A DNA stretch of 22,453 bases from a virus (lineage: Duplodnaviria; Heunggongvirae; Uroviricota; Caudoviricetes), in IMG/VR virus record IMGVR_UViG_2718217868_000005, positions 1 to 22,453 of that record; one strand, written 5' to 3'. The notes beneath the pieces were generated by a model. That model ran no database searches, had not been told where the DNA came from, and was given only the letters and a program-made list of their open reading frames with translations. This document shows positions 1 through 9,853 of this stretch, one piece after another (positions within the stretch are counted from its first letter, which is position 1; every line of letters begins with the position of its first letter). Made by a program: the position numbers and the translations under genes.

Positions 1-258
1 ATGCAAACCGTTATTTTTGGTCGTCCGGGTTGCCCTTACTGTGTGCGTGCAAAAGATCTGGCTGAGAAATTGAGCAATGAACGCGATGATTTTCAGTATC
101 AGTATGTTGATATTCGTGCGGAAGGGATCACTAAAGAAGATCTACAACAAAAGGCAGGTAAACCCGTAGAAACCGTGCCGCAGATTTTTGTCGATCAGCA
201 ACATATCGGCGGCTATACCGATTTTGCTGCATGGGTGAAAGAAAATCTGGACGCCTGA
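1..258 (+). CDS. grxA: Glutaredoxin 1 (85 aa), complete
   Basis: ATG at 1, TGA at 256-258. CPYC active-site motif (GRPGCPYCVRAK). Sequence recognised from memory as E. coli GrxA. Confidence 0.93.
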   Translation: MQTVIFGRPGCPYCVRAKDLAEKLSNERDDFQYQYVDIRAEGITKEDLQQKAGKPVETVPQIFVDQQHIGGYTDFAAWVKENLDA

Positions 259-268
259 TCGTCTGACA

Positions 269-300
269 AGCCCTCACGTTGAGGGCTTTACTGATTTTTT
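269..300 (+). terminator. Rho-independent terminator downstream of grxA
   Basis: 8-bp stem AGCCCTCA (269-276) / TGAGGGCT (280-287), 3-nt loop, then T-rich tract ending TTTTTT (295-300). Overlaps the 3' end of the convergent ybjM. Confidence 0.6.
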
Positions 301-665
301 CTGTGCTGTGGTTTAAACAAACTACTGATAAATAAGAAACACAGTGCCCCCAGCGCACACCAGAACACCGCGCTTAGTAACCATGCCAGCTCTTGCCAGA
401 ATGAGCGGGTCGGTGAAAAAAACAGCCGCATAATAAGCATTGAACAGGGTGCCGCCAGCATTGCGCCAAACAGAGGTTTCAGGACTTCTCTACGCTGTGA
501 AAAGAAACTGGCAACTGCTCCAGGAAGAATGAAAAACAGCAAGCCGATTTCAGGATGCCCGGCAGCCCGAAAAGCGCCTTTCATGTGCGTCGCCAGAAAA
601 AGGCACACCACAATGAAGAGGACAAAACAGCAGATTGCCCCCGCCCAACGTTGTTTATGTTTCAC
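288..665 (-). CDS. ybjM: Inner membrane protein YbjM (125 aa)
   Basis: Hydrophobic 125-aa ORF between grxA and ybjL on the opposite strand. Length and context match the E. coli ybjL-ybjM-grxA arrangement as I recall it. Confidence 0.75.
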   Translation of the reverse strand: MKHKQRWAGAICCFVLFIVVCLFLATHMKGAFRAAGHPEIGLLFFILPGAVASFFSQRREVLKPLFGAMLAAPCSMLIMRLFFSPTRSFWQELAWLLSAVFWCALGALCFLFISSLFKPQHRKNQ

Positions 666-934
666 TCGTTCCTCCTGACACTGCGTCTATCGAACACATT
701 TTTCGCCAGTGTGGCGTTCAGTAAGATAAAGCCGCTTCGCATTCCATGCTAATATAGGCCAACGCAATTCATATAGCCGTTGATACCTAATGTGATTACA
801 CTAGTAAAATATATTGTTACTTTACTATCGTTTAGGTGCGCTGAATGAATCTGCGCCCTGAATTCTGGTAAAAAACATTATCGTAAATTACCATTTCTTT
901 CAACAGCTTACTAGTAAACAAGAAGTTAGCCTCC

Positions 935-2620
935 GTGAATATAAACGTCGCCGAATTGTTAAATGGGAATTACATTCTGTTATTATTTGTGGTCCTCGCG
1001 CTTGGGCTATGTCTCGGAAAGTTACGACTTGGTTCGATCCAACTGGGTAATTCCATTGGCGTTTTAGTCGTATCGCTGTTATTAGGCCAACAACATTTCA
1101 GCATTAACACCGATGCGCTTAATCTTGGCTTTATGCTGTTTATTTTCTGTGTTGGGGTTGAAGCCGGACCGAACTTTTTTTCCATTTTTTTTCGCGATGG
1201 GAAAAATTACCTAATGTTAGCACTGGTGATGGTTGGCAGTGCGCTGGTGATCGCCTTAGGGTTAGGTAAGCTGTTTGGCTGGGATATTGGCCTGACGGCC
1301 GGTATGTTAGCAGGCTCTATGACGTCGACACCGGTTCTGGTCGGTGCTGGCGATACACTGCGTCATTCCGGCATGGAAAGCAGGCAGCTCTCACTGGCAC
1401 TGGATAATCTGAGCCTCGGGTATGCCTTAACCTATTTAATCGGTCTGGTGAGTTTGATTGTTGGTGCGCGTTACTTGCCGAAATTGCAGCATCAGGACTT
1501 ACAGACCAGCGCCCAGCAAATCGCCCGCGAACGTGGCCTGGACACTGATGCCAACCGTAAGGTTTATTTACCGGTGATCCGCGCCTATCGCGTCGGCCCG
1601 GAGCTGGTGGCCTGGACCGACGGCAAAAATCTGCGTGAACTGGGTATTTATCGACAAACCGGCTGCTACATTGAACGTATTCGACGTAACGGGATTCTGG
1701 CAAATCCAGACGGTGATGCCGTGCTACAAATGGGCGATGAAATAGCGTTGGTAGGCTATCCCGACGCCCATGCCCGACTCGATCCCAGCTTCCGTAACGG
1801 TAAAGAAGTTTTCGATCGTGACCTTCTCGACATGCGTATCGTCACTGAAGAAGTGGTCGTTAAAAACCATAACGCTGTAGGTAAACGTCTCGCACAACTG
1901 AAGTTGACCGATCACGGTTGCTTCCTTAACCGCGTCATTCGTAGCCAGATTGAGATGCCGATAGATGACAACGTCGTGCTTAACAAAGGTGACGTTTTAC
2001 AAGTCAGCGGTGATGCCCGTCGCGTAAAAACCATCGCCGATCGCATCGGCTTTATCTCGATTCACAGCCAGGTCACTGACCTGCTGGCATTTTGCGCCTT
2101 CTTTGTTATTGGGCTGATGATCGGGATGATCACCTTCCAGTTCAGCACATTCAGTTTCGGCATGGGGAACGCTGCCGGGTTGTTATTCGCCGGAATTATG
2201 CTGGGCTTTATGCGTGCTAATCACCCGACCTTCGGTTACATTCCGCAAGGTGCATTAAGCATGGTGAAAGAGTTCGGCTTGATGGTGTTTATGGCAGGCG
2301 TTGGTCTGAGCGCCGGTAGCGGTATTAATAACGGCCTGGGCGCGATTGGCGGTCAGATGTTGATTGCCGGATTAATTGTCAGTCTTGTGCCCGTGGTTAT
2401 CTGTTTCTTGTTCGGTGCTTATGTATTGCGAATGAACCGCGCACTGTTGTTCGGCGCAATGATGGGCGCACGCACCTGCGCGCCGGCAATGGAGATCATC
2501 AGTGATACAGCTCGCAGTAACATCCCTGCGCTGGGCTATGCGGGCACCTACGCAATCGCCAACGTCCTGCTGACGCTGGCAGGGACAATCATCGTCATGG
2601 TATGGCCAGGATTAGGATAA
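935..2620 (+). CDS. ybjL: Putative transporter YbjL (561 aa)
   Basis: GTG start at 935 with GCCTCC about 6 nt upstream. Multi-TM N- and C-terminal halves around a soluble middle region. Recognised from memory as E. coli YbjL. Confidence 0.88.
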
Positions 2621-2732
2621 AACTGAAGTTGCCCTGAAAATGAAATTTTTTTGCACAACCGCAGAACTTTTCCGCAGGGCATCAGTCTTAATTAGTGCCA
2701 CTGCTTTTCTTTGATGTCCCCATTTTGTGGAG

Positions 2733-2776
2733 CCCATCAACCCCGCCATTTCGGTTCAAGGTTGATGGGTTTTTTG
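2733..2776 (+). terminator. Hairpin plus T-tract downstream of ybjL, near the host/prophage boundary
   Basis: Perfect 10-bp stem CCCATCAACC (2733-2742) / GGTTGATGGG (2760-2769), 17-nt loop, then TTTTTT (2770-2775). Confidence 0.5.
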
Positions 2777-2855
2777 TTGCCTGAAATTTAAGCTGTTTAA
2801 AATCATGATGTTAGAAGCATTGTTTTTTAACGATGGCGACAAAATGGCGGCAGCG

Positions 2856-3074
2856 TCAAAGAGAGAGCGCCACCTGTCCTGATTTCATTGGATGCGGCTG
2901 AACCGGATTTGACTCTTTTGGCGTTGCAATCGAACGAACAAAAGTTTCATGGGTAACAAAAGTATGGCTGCAGTTAATGTTCTGGCACTGGTTGTAACGC
3001 TCTTTGGTCAATGAAGATACCTGAAAACTGCTGCGAGTATGGGCGGCACTTCCACACAGTGGGCAAATCATCAT
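2856..3074 (-). CDS. ogr: Ogr/Delta-type zinc-finger late-gene activator (about 72 aa)
   Basis: CPLCG...CQNINCSHTF is a C2C2 zinc finger resembling P2 Ogr. Start chosen at the internal ATG (MMICPLCG); the 11-codon upstream extension is unlikely. Sits just downstream of gene D as in P2. Confidence 0.8.
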   Translation of the reverse strand: MMICPLCGSAAHTRSSFQVSSLTKERYNQCQNINCSHTFVTHETFVRSIATPKESNPVQPHPMKSGQVALSL

Positions 3075-3164
3075 TTTTCGAGTTCTCCCCATTTTTGCTA
3101 AATTCATAATAATGATACCGCATTATTCCATTTTGCAAACTTAAAAGTTCTCCATTGCGAAGAA

Positions 3165-4265
3165 TCATTCCATTTCGAAATCATCAATCCTCACTTCAAG
3201 CTCCAGACTGGTCGTAAAACCATTATCCGGGCTTACGGTATGCGTCAGAGTCGTAATGGTCCATTCCGCATCATCTATCGGCTGTTTAAAGCCACTGACT
3301 TTCACTGGCATTTCCGTGTAGAGATCTGCCCGCCCTTCCGCCAGTTGTAGCGAGAATGACGCAACGCCACGTTGCAGGCGTTCCCACTGCATTTTCGCTG
3401 CCCGTTCAGCGTTGCTCCGGTTGGCATAAGTGCGATTAAGTACCAGCACGTTTTCATCCGTCCCCACCAGGTAATCGCCCTGCTTCGCTTCCGGCTCTTT
3501 CTTCTGCTTCTTAGTCCTGCGCTTACGCTTCACCGTAGTGCTTTCTTTCTTCGCGGGTTCGCGGGTATGCAACCAGCTGGCAATGACGCCCGTATAGGCT
3601 CCGCGATCTGCCAGGGTAAAGCGGTGACTGTCGCCGTCCTTACGCGTGATAGTGATCACCGGCAGTGGTTTACCGCTGGCGCTTTTGCCCTGTCCCTGCC
3701 GGATGAATAACAGATTGCCATTTTTCACCGACGCAATAGCACCGTACTGGCGCGCCAGTCGCATCAGAAAACTGCCGTCACTCTCATTGGTCTGGTCTAT
3801 ATGTTCCACGGGTTTATCTGACAGGTCTTTACCCAATGCCATCTTCAGTTTGTGCCGCGCAGCTATTTCCTTCACCACTTCCCCAACGGTGGTCTTGTGC
3901 CACGACTTTTCACGGCGGGTATTCAGCGTTTCACGAAAATCAGCACTTCGCGCCCGGATAGTCAGGCGGTCCGGTGCGCCAGTGTGTTCAATCTCGTCCA
4001 CCGTGAATGCCCCTTTCGGGAAAAGCGGCTGCCCCTTCCAGCCCAGCGCCAGCGTAATAACCGCACCACGGCGCGGCAGCACGATTTTTCCGTCGGCGTC
4101 GTCCAGCTCCAGATCAAGCTGGTCTGCTTCAAAGCCCCGATTGTCCGTCAGCGTCAAACTCATCAGGCGGTTATCCAGCACAGTGGTGATATCCCTGCCC
4201 TCAATACTGATGCTGAATGCGGGAGTTTTGTTGCCTTTGTTAAGCAGTTCAGAGCTGAAATTCAC
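3165..4265 (-). CDS. D: Tail protein D (late control gene D family), 366 aa
   Basis: N-terminus MNFSSELLNKGNKTPAFSISIEGRDITTV matches P2 gpD from memory. Lys/Arg-rich central linker. Start overlaps the stop of U. Confidence 0.9.
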   Translation of the reverse strand: MNFSSELLNKGNKTPAFSISIEGRDITTVLDNRLMSLTLTDNRGFEADQLDLELDDADGKIVLPRRGAVITLALGWKGQPLFPKGAFTVDEIEHTGAPDRLTIRARSADFRETLNTRREKSWHKTTVGEVVKEIAARHKLKMALGKDLSDKPVEHIDQTNESDGSFLMRLARQYGAIASVKNGNLLFIRQGQGKSASGKPLPVITITRKDGDSHRFTLADRGAYTGVIASWLHTREPAKKESTTVKRKRRTKKQKKEPEAKQGDYLVGTDENVLVLNRTYANRSNAERAAKMQWERLQRGVASFSLQLAEGRADLYTEMPVKVSGFKQPIDDAEWTITTLTHTVSPDNGFTTSLELEVRIDDFEME

Positions 4266-4747
4266 GACAGCAGCCCTCCCACCGTTTTACTGATATCGCT
4301 TAAGGCAGACGTTGCCGTGTCCTGCAGATTATTCAGTTGCGCACTGAGATCACCGAACATATCGGACAGGGATTCATCCACCCGTTTGAGCGACAGGGTG
4401 AACTCAATCCGGCGCGGCATACCGTCGCGGAAAAACTCCGTTTTAGTCTGATTCAGTCCCTCAATCACATACATGCCGTAAATCGTGCCGCTGCCTTCAA
4501 TCAGGGGCCATGCTTTCCCCTGTTCTGCCATCTGCTCCAGTACCAGCAACGACAGCCTGCCGCCTGTTATCTCCGGCATAAGAACACCAGAAAGCGTCAG
4601 CATGTCGTTGTCCGGTCCCAGAAACTGCGTGGACGGACGTCGGTTGACCCGGCTGTTTGCCGCATGTCGCCAGCTGCGTTGATACTGCAGTTCCTGATAC
4701 GGCACAGTGCGCAGCATAAACACGTACAATCCCAGCACCATCATCAT
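4262..4747 (-). CDS. U: Tail protein U (161 aa)
   Basis: Position between T and D, with ATGA overlaps at both ends. Sequence resembles P2 gpU from memory. Confidence 0.85.
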   Translation of the reverse strand: MMMVLGLYVFMLRTVPYQELQYQRSWRHAANSRVNRRPSTQFLGPDNDMLTLSGVLMPEITGGRLSLLVLEQMAEQGKAWPLIEGSGTIYGMYVIEGLNQTKTEFFRDGMPRRIEFTLSLKRVDESLSDMFGDLSAQLNNLQDTATSALSDISKTVGGLLS

Positions 4748-7465
4748 GCGTCGTATCCCCCCTGATCGCTGTAGTTACTCCTGGCTTTTGCCTTCAGCCT
4801 GCGTTCACGTTCATCAAGCTGGCGTGCCACCTCCCGCGCAATATCCTGCGCACTTTGTCCTGGCTGCGTCTGGATGATGATCTGCGTCGGTGCCTCAATC
4901 CGTTGAGCGGGCGGCACAGTGGCTGCACGACTCACCATCGCTTCGCCGCCTTTCGCGGGAAGTGCCAAAGGATGTAACGGCGGAAGCTCTGCAGGCGCGG
5001 CAGCAACGCCCATCATTCCGGCAACAACGGCAGCCAGTGCAGCTGTATTTCTCCGACTGGTCACGTTTGCCGGACCGTTGACAATTTCAGGCCCGTTTTC
5101 ACCGACAATGCCGAACTGCCCGCGCGGGATATAGCCGCCGCTGTCATACATCCCCGCAAAGCCATATCCCCATGACGGAAAACCACCCGATGGCATCATC
5201 ACTTTACCGTCTGCATTCACCGTCGCAGGTTGCTGACGCGTCACGCTTTCCGGCAGTTTCGCCTTTGCGGCCTCTTTACTGACAATGCCGAGCTTCTCCA
5301 GCAACCAGGAAACGCCGGATTTCAGGGAGTCCAGCGGATGCATGACCATATTCAGCCCTTCCGCCAGTGCCTCCCCGAATCGCCGCCCCATTGCCGCTGC
5401 GCTCTGCAGTTCGGCAGAGGTCGACTTAACGGGCGTCAGCAGCTCAGTAAACCAGCCCCACAGCGCCTGCACTTTGTCGCCAATCCACTGGAACACGGGC
5501 TTAAGCGGTTCGAACGCTGCACTGATGGGACCTGCCGCCGCTTTGAATCCTTCCACCACGCCACCGAGAAATGCGGTGATGGGTTGCCAGTATTTCCAGA
5601 CAACCAGGGCCACGCCCGCCAGTGCAGTAACCACAAGACCTATCGGACTGAGCAGAGCACCTAACGGAAGATAACGTTTTGATACCCAACACAGAGAATC
5701 CCAGACGGATCACTGCCAGCGGCCCCAGCACTGCAGCCAGCGCCACCGCTAAGGTGCCGAGGCCGACGGTAACCGCAGCCACAACAGCCGATGCTTTCAT
5801 CAGTGTGCCTGTCAGTTCCGGGTTAGCTTCCACCCAGCGACGCAACGCCCCCGTGACGCTTTTCACCGTGTACAGAATATCCATCAGCGGCTGGCGCAGC
5901 GTTTCGCCCAGGCTGCTGAAGGTGTTCTGCGCTCCGGTTTTGACCAGCAACCACTGCGCAGAAAGTGAATCCTTGTTAATGTCGGATTCTTTCTGCATGG
6001 AGCCGAGCGCATCATTGCCCGCTGTCAGTTTTAACTGACGCTGCAGTTCCGGCAGGTTGTTTGCCAGTTTCGCCGCGTCATCGCCAAACTCTTTACCAAA
6101 CAACATAGTCATGGCAGACAGGCGCTTGTCCTGCGGCAGCGCGTTTACCTTCTCCAGCACGCGCTGGATGGTTCCCATCGCATCCTTCGTCATCTGCTTT
6201 TCAATCACTTCAGGATTGAGTTTCAGCAGATTCATCCCTTCAAAGAAACTCTTGCTTTGCATGGTGGCAATGGACAATTCACGCACCATCGCGTTTGCTG
6301 CACTGGCTGCAACCTCTGGCGCAGCGCCCAGTGTCAGGAAGGTGGAACCCAGCGCCGCCGCTTTACGATAATCCAGACGGTCAGCCACACCGCCCAGACG
6401 TTGCATCACATCAATGATGTCTGCCCCTTTCGACATGGCGTTATCATCCAGATAGTTCAGCGCATCACCGAGCTGTTCAATATTGCGGGTGGGGATTTTG
6501 TAGAGCTGGGCGATTTTCCCCAGACTTTCTGACAGTTCATCCGCTGGCAGCTCAAAGGCTGTTGCCGCCTTTGCTGCCGTACTGGCGAAGGCCAGCAGGT
6601 CACGTTTCTGATCTTCCCAGCTGTCGTCAGGGTTTGCGACGTTCATGCGCGCACCACCTTCAACCAGTGCAGCGAAGTCCACCGCACCGTTTTCCATCGG
6701 CAACTGTTCGCTGGCAGCCTTGATGGCATCCTGCATTTCATAAAAACGTGCAGTGCGGTTGCCATTATCGTCACGCAGACCATTGACCTGCTTTGCCACA
6801 CCTTTCATGGCATCTTCCATGCTGGTATAGCTTTTTACTGCCGCCATCACTGGCGCACCCATTGCCAGCCCTGCAGCCGTGGTGGTGGCTCCGGCACCTG
6901 CAATACGATCACGCACCTCCAGCGAACGGGCATAACTGGCACGCGCTGCATTCATCCTGCGCTGAGCTTCCCCCAGTCGCTTCAGCCGCGCCTCCTGTTT
7001 CGAAAGTTCCTGGTTATAACGTGATGTTTCACGGGCTAAACGGGCAGTTGCTCCCGCATCGTCTTTCGCAGAAATTCCCGCCCGGTACAGTTCAGCACGC
7101 ACAAGCGCCGTCTGCTGCTGCAGCTTTTTCTGGCGTTCTTCCAGGCGCTGAACAGCCAGCCGTTGACGGCCCAGAGCAACAACCTGACGTTGCGAAGGCG
7201 GCCCCATCGCTCCCAGTTCCTGACTGAGCAAATTTGCACGCTGGCGGGCATAGTTCAGCCTGTCGCTTAATTTCTGATTTTCTGCCTGCAGCTTTCGGAA
7301 GCTGTCCAGACTGCTCCCGGCCTGATCAAGCTGCTTTATTGCATCGCGGGATTTTTTGACAGCAGCAGCCAGTTCTCTTGAACTGGCCTGCGCAGATCGA
7401 AATGGGCGGGTGAGCTTGTCAACCGCATTAAGAATGACCTGCAGACGCAGGTTGTTATCACTCAT
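4744..7465 (-). pseudogene. T: Tail tape measure gene T, split by a 1-nt frameshift into 654-aa and 296-aa ORFs
   Basis: ORFs 5501-7465 and 4744-5634 are in different frames and overlap by 134 nt. Upstream part is coiled-coil (Q/R/A/L-rich); downstream part has hydrophobic and Gly-rich segments, typical of tape measure proteins. The frame switch maps to about 5665-5700, next to a TTTT run at 5677-5680. Confidence 0.8.
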
Positions 7466-7491
7466 CTTTGGCCCCGCTTCTCTGAATCGCT

Positions 7492-7944
7492 TTATACCGC
7501 CATTCCAGCACTTCGGTCACTGGCGCTGAATGTCAGCATTTCAGTGCCCAGACTGGCAGGGTCATCAGTGGCAGCCAGGCCGACCAGGTAGGCTTTGCCC
7601 GTATCAGCAAACTTCGGGCTGACTTCCATAGAGGTGAATAATTTCTGGCCTTTTTTCACCAGTTCCACCAGGGACTCCGTTGGCTCAACGTCGGCATACA
7701 GCGCCATCTTGCCTGCCAGCGGACCTTCCGTGATTTCTTCAGCAAACAGCGCCGTCACCTTACCGTAGCGGTTAAAGGTGCTGTCCGGCAGATAAGACTT
7801 GATGTGCTCAAGGTTAATCAGCGCGGTATACACCGCCGGGTTGTAGCTGGCTGCCATCTGTTCCAGCCATTCACGCTGGATTTCGCGTCCGTCGGTGGTG
7901 GCACCTTCCACCCCGATGCGAAAACGCTTTGCTTTCACTGTCAT
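7492..7944 (-). pseudogene. O: Capsid scaffold gene O, truncated (N-terminal about 140 aa homologous, then a short unrelated tail)
   Basis: FRIGVEGATTDGREI...INLEH...SMEVSPKFADTGKAYLVGLAATDDPASLGTE matches the N-terminal half of P2 gpO (about 284 aa) from memory. The ORF stops 26 nt before the T start. SD ACGGAG upstream of the ATG at 7944. Confidence 0.8.
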
Positions 7945-8022
7945 GAGCCGTGCTCCGTTAGAAAAAACTTACTGGAGCCTTATGGTTGCGGTGATGGGGG
8001 CAGTGAAACAATGCGCGGTATT

Positions 8023-8040
8023 TGTACCGACAACCACACA
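8023..8040. promoter_or_regulatory. TGT-N12-ACA element, candidate Ogr-dependent late promoter site in the O-P divergent region
   Basis: TGTACCGACAACCACACA sits in the 142-bp O/P intergenic region. P2 late promoters carry a TGT-N12-ACA element near -55 (established knowledge). Which strand it serves is not resolved. Confidence 0.4.
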
Positions 8041-8086
8041 AACCGCAGGCGGGGAAAGCCTTCATTCAAGGTTGTAGGTTTGTGCC

Positions 8087-9853
8087 ATGAACACCACACT
8101 GACACCCGCAGATCTCGATCCCCGTCGGCAGGCCATGCTGCTGTACTTTCAGGGATACCGCGTAGCCCGCATTGCTGAAATGCTGGGCGAGAAAGTTGCA
8201 ACCGTTCACAGCTGGAAAAAACGCGACAAGTGGGGTGACTATGGGCCGCTGGATCAGATGCAGCTCACCACCGCCGCACGCTACTGCCAGCTCATCATGA
8301 AGGAGCACAAAGAAGGGAAAGATTTCAAAGAGATTGACCTGCTGGCGCGCCAGTCGGAGCGCCAAGCGCGGATCGGCAAGTTTAACAATGGCGGCAACGA
8401 AGCTGACTTAAACCCTAACGTCGCCAACCGCAACAAAGGCCCGCGCCGTCAGCCGGAAAAGAATGTCTTCACCGATGAACAGATTGAGAAGCTGGAAGAA
8501 ATCTTCCATTCCTCCATGTTCAACTACCAGCGCCACTGGTGGGAAGTCGGAAAAACCAACCGCATCCGCAACCTGCTGAAGTCACGCCAGATCGGCGCGA
8601 CCTTTTACTTTGCCCGTGAAGCCCTGATTGACGCCCTGCTTACCGGACGTAACCAGATTTTCCTTTCCGCCAGTAAGGCACAGGCCCACGTCTTTAAGCA
8701 GTACATCATCGACTTCGCCAAAGAAGTGGATGTGGAACTGAAAGGCGATCCGATGGTGCTTCCTAACGGGGCCACGCTTTACTTCCTCGGCACCAATGCC
8801 CGCACGGCTCAAAGTTATCACGGCAACCTGTATCTGGATGAATATTTCTGGATACCGAAATTTCAGGAGCTACGCAAAGTGGCTTCCGGTATGGCTATTC
8901 ACAAGAAATGGCGGCAGACCTATTTTTCCACACCATCCAGCCTGACCCACAGTGCTTATCCGTTCTGGTCCGGTGCGCTGTTCAACCGTGGGCGCAACAA
9001 AGCCGATAAGGTGGACATCGACCTGTCCCACAGCAATCTGGCCCCCGGCCTGCTGTGCGCAGACGGGCAATACCGCCAGATAGTCACCGTGGAAGATGCG
9101 GTGCGCGGCGGCTGTAACCTGTTCGACCTTGACCAGTTGCGCATGGAGTACAGCCCGGACGAATACCAGAACCTGCTGATGTGCGAGTTTGTGGACGATC
9201 TCGCGTCCGTGTTCCCGCTCAGCGAGCTGCAGGCGTGCATGGTAGACAGCTGGGAAGTCTGGACTGACTTTCATGCACTGGCCCTGCGCCCGTTTGGCTG
9301 GCGCGAAGTATGGATCGGTTATGACCCGGCGAAAGGTACGCAGAATGGCGACAGCGCCGGATGCGTGGTGGTGGCTCCGCCAACCGTGCCGGGCGGCAAG
9401 TTCCGCATTCTTGAGCGTCACCAGTGGCGCGGAATGGACTTTCGCGCCCAGGCTGACGCCATCAAAAAACTGACCGAACAGTACAACGTGACCTACATCG
9501 GCATCGACTCGACAGGTGTCGGCCACGGGGTTTACGAGAACGTGAAAGCGTTTTTTCCAGCCGTCCGGGAGTTTGTCTACAACCCCAACGTTAAAAACGC
9601 CCTGGTACTCAAGGCCTACGACATTATCAGTCACCGTCGTCTGGAGTTTGACGCCGGACACACCGACATAGCGCAGTCATTTATGGCAATCCGTCGCGCC
9701 ACCACCGCCAGCGGCAACCGCCCAACCTATGAAGCCAGCCGCAGCGAAGAAGCCAGCCATGCCGATCTGGCCTGGGCAACAATGCACGCACTGTTTAACG
9801 AACCGCTGCAGGGCGAGTCCGCCAATACCAGCAATATTGTGGAGATTTTTTGA
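8087..9853 (+). CDS. P: Terminase large (ATPase) subunit, P2 gpP family, 588 aa
   Basis: Size and N-terminus match P2 gpP from memory. Divergent from O and upstream of Q as in P2. Confidence 0.9.
   Translation: MNTTLTPADLDPRRQAMLLYFQGYRVARIAEMLGEKVATVHSWKKRDKWGDYGPLDQMQLTTAARYCQLIMKEHKEGKDFKEIDLLARQSERQARIGKFNNGGNEADLNPNVANRNKGPRRQPEKNVFTDEQIEKLEEIFHSSMFNYQRHWWEVGKTNRIRNLLKSRQIGATFYFAREALIDALLTGRNQIFLSASKAQAHVFKQYIIDFAKEVDVELKGDPMVLPNGATLYFLGTNARTAQSYHGNLYLDEYFWIPKFQELRKVASGMAIHKKWRQTYFSTPSSLTHSAYPFWSGALFNRGRNKADKVDIDLSHSNLAPGLLCADGQYRQIVTVEDAVRGGCNLFDLDQLRMEYSPDEYQNLLMCEFVDDLASVFPLSELQACMVDSWEVWTDFHALALRPFGWREVWIGYDPAKGTQNGDSAGCVVVAPPTVPGGKFRILERHQWRGMDFRAQADAIKKLTEQYNVTYIGIDSTGVGHGVYENVKAFFPAVREFVYNPNVKNALVLKAYDIISHRRLEFDAGHTDIAQSFMAIRRATTASGNRPTYEASRSEEASHADLAWATMHALFNEPLQGESANTSNIVEIF

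Noticed and set aside
3372-4765. Plus-strand ORFs of 112, 215, 199, 142 and 65 aa overlapping genes D and U
   Set aside because: They are antisense to confidently assigned tail genes and have Arg/Ser/Pro-rich low-complexity translations typical of shadow frames.
4890-7227. Plus-strand ORFs (63 to 144 aa) inside the tape measure gene
   Set aside because: They are antisense to T with low-complexity composition and no ribosome-binding sites.
8870-9661. 263-aa minus-strand ORF inside terminase gene P
   Set aside because: Antisense shadow ORF in a GC-rich gene. P is confidently assigned.
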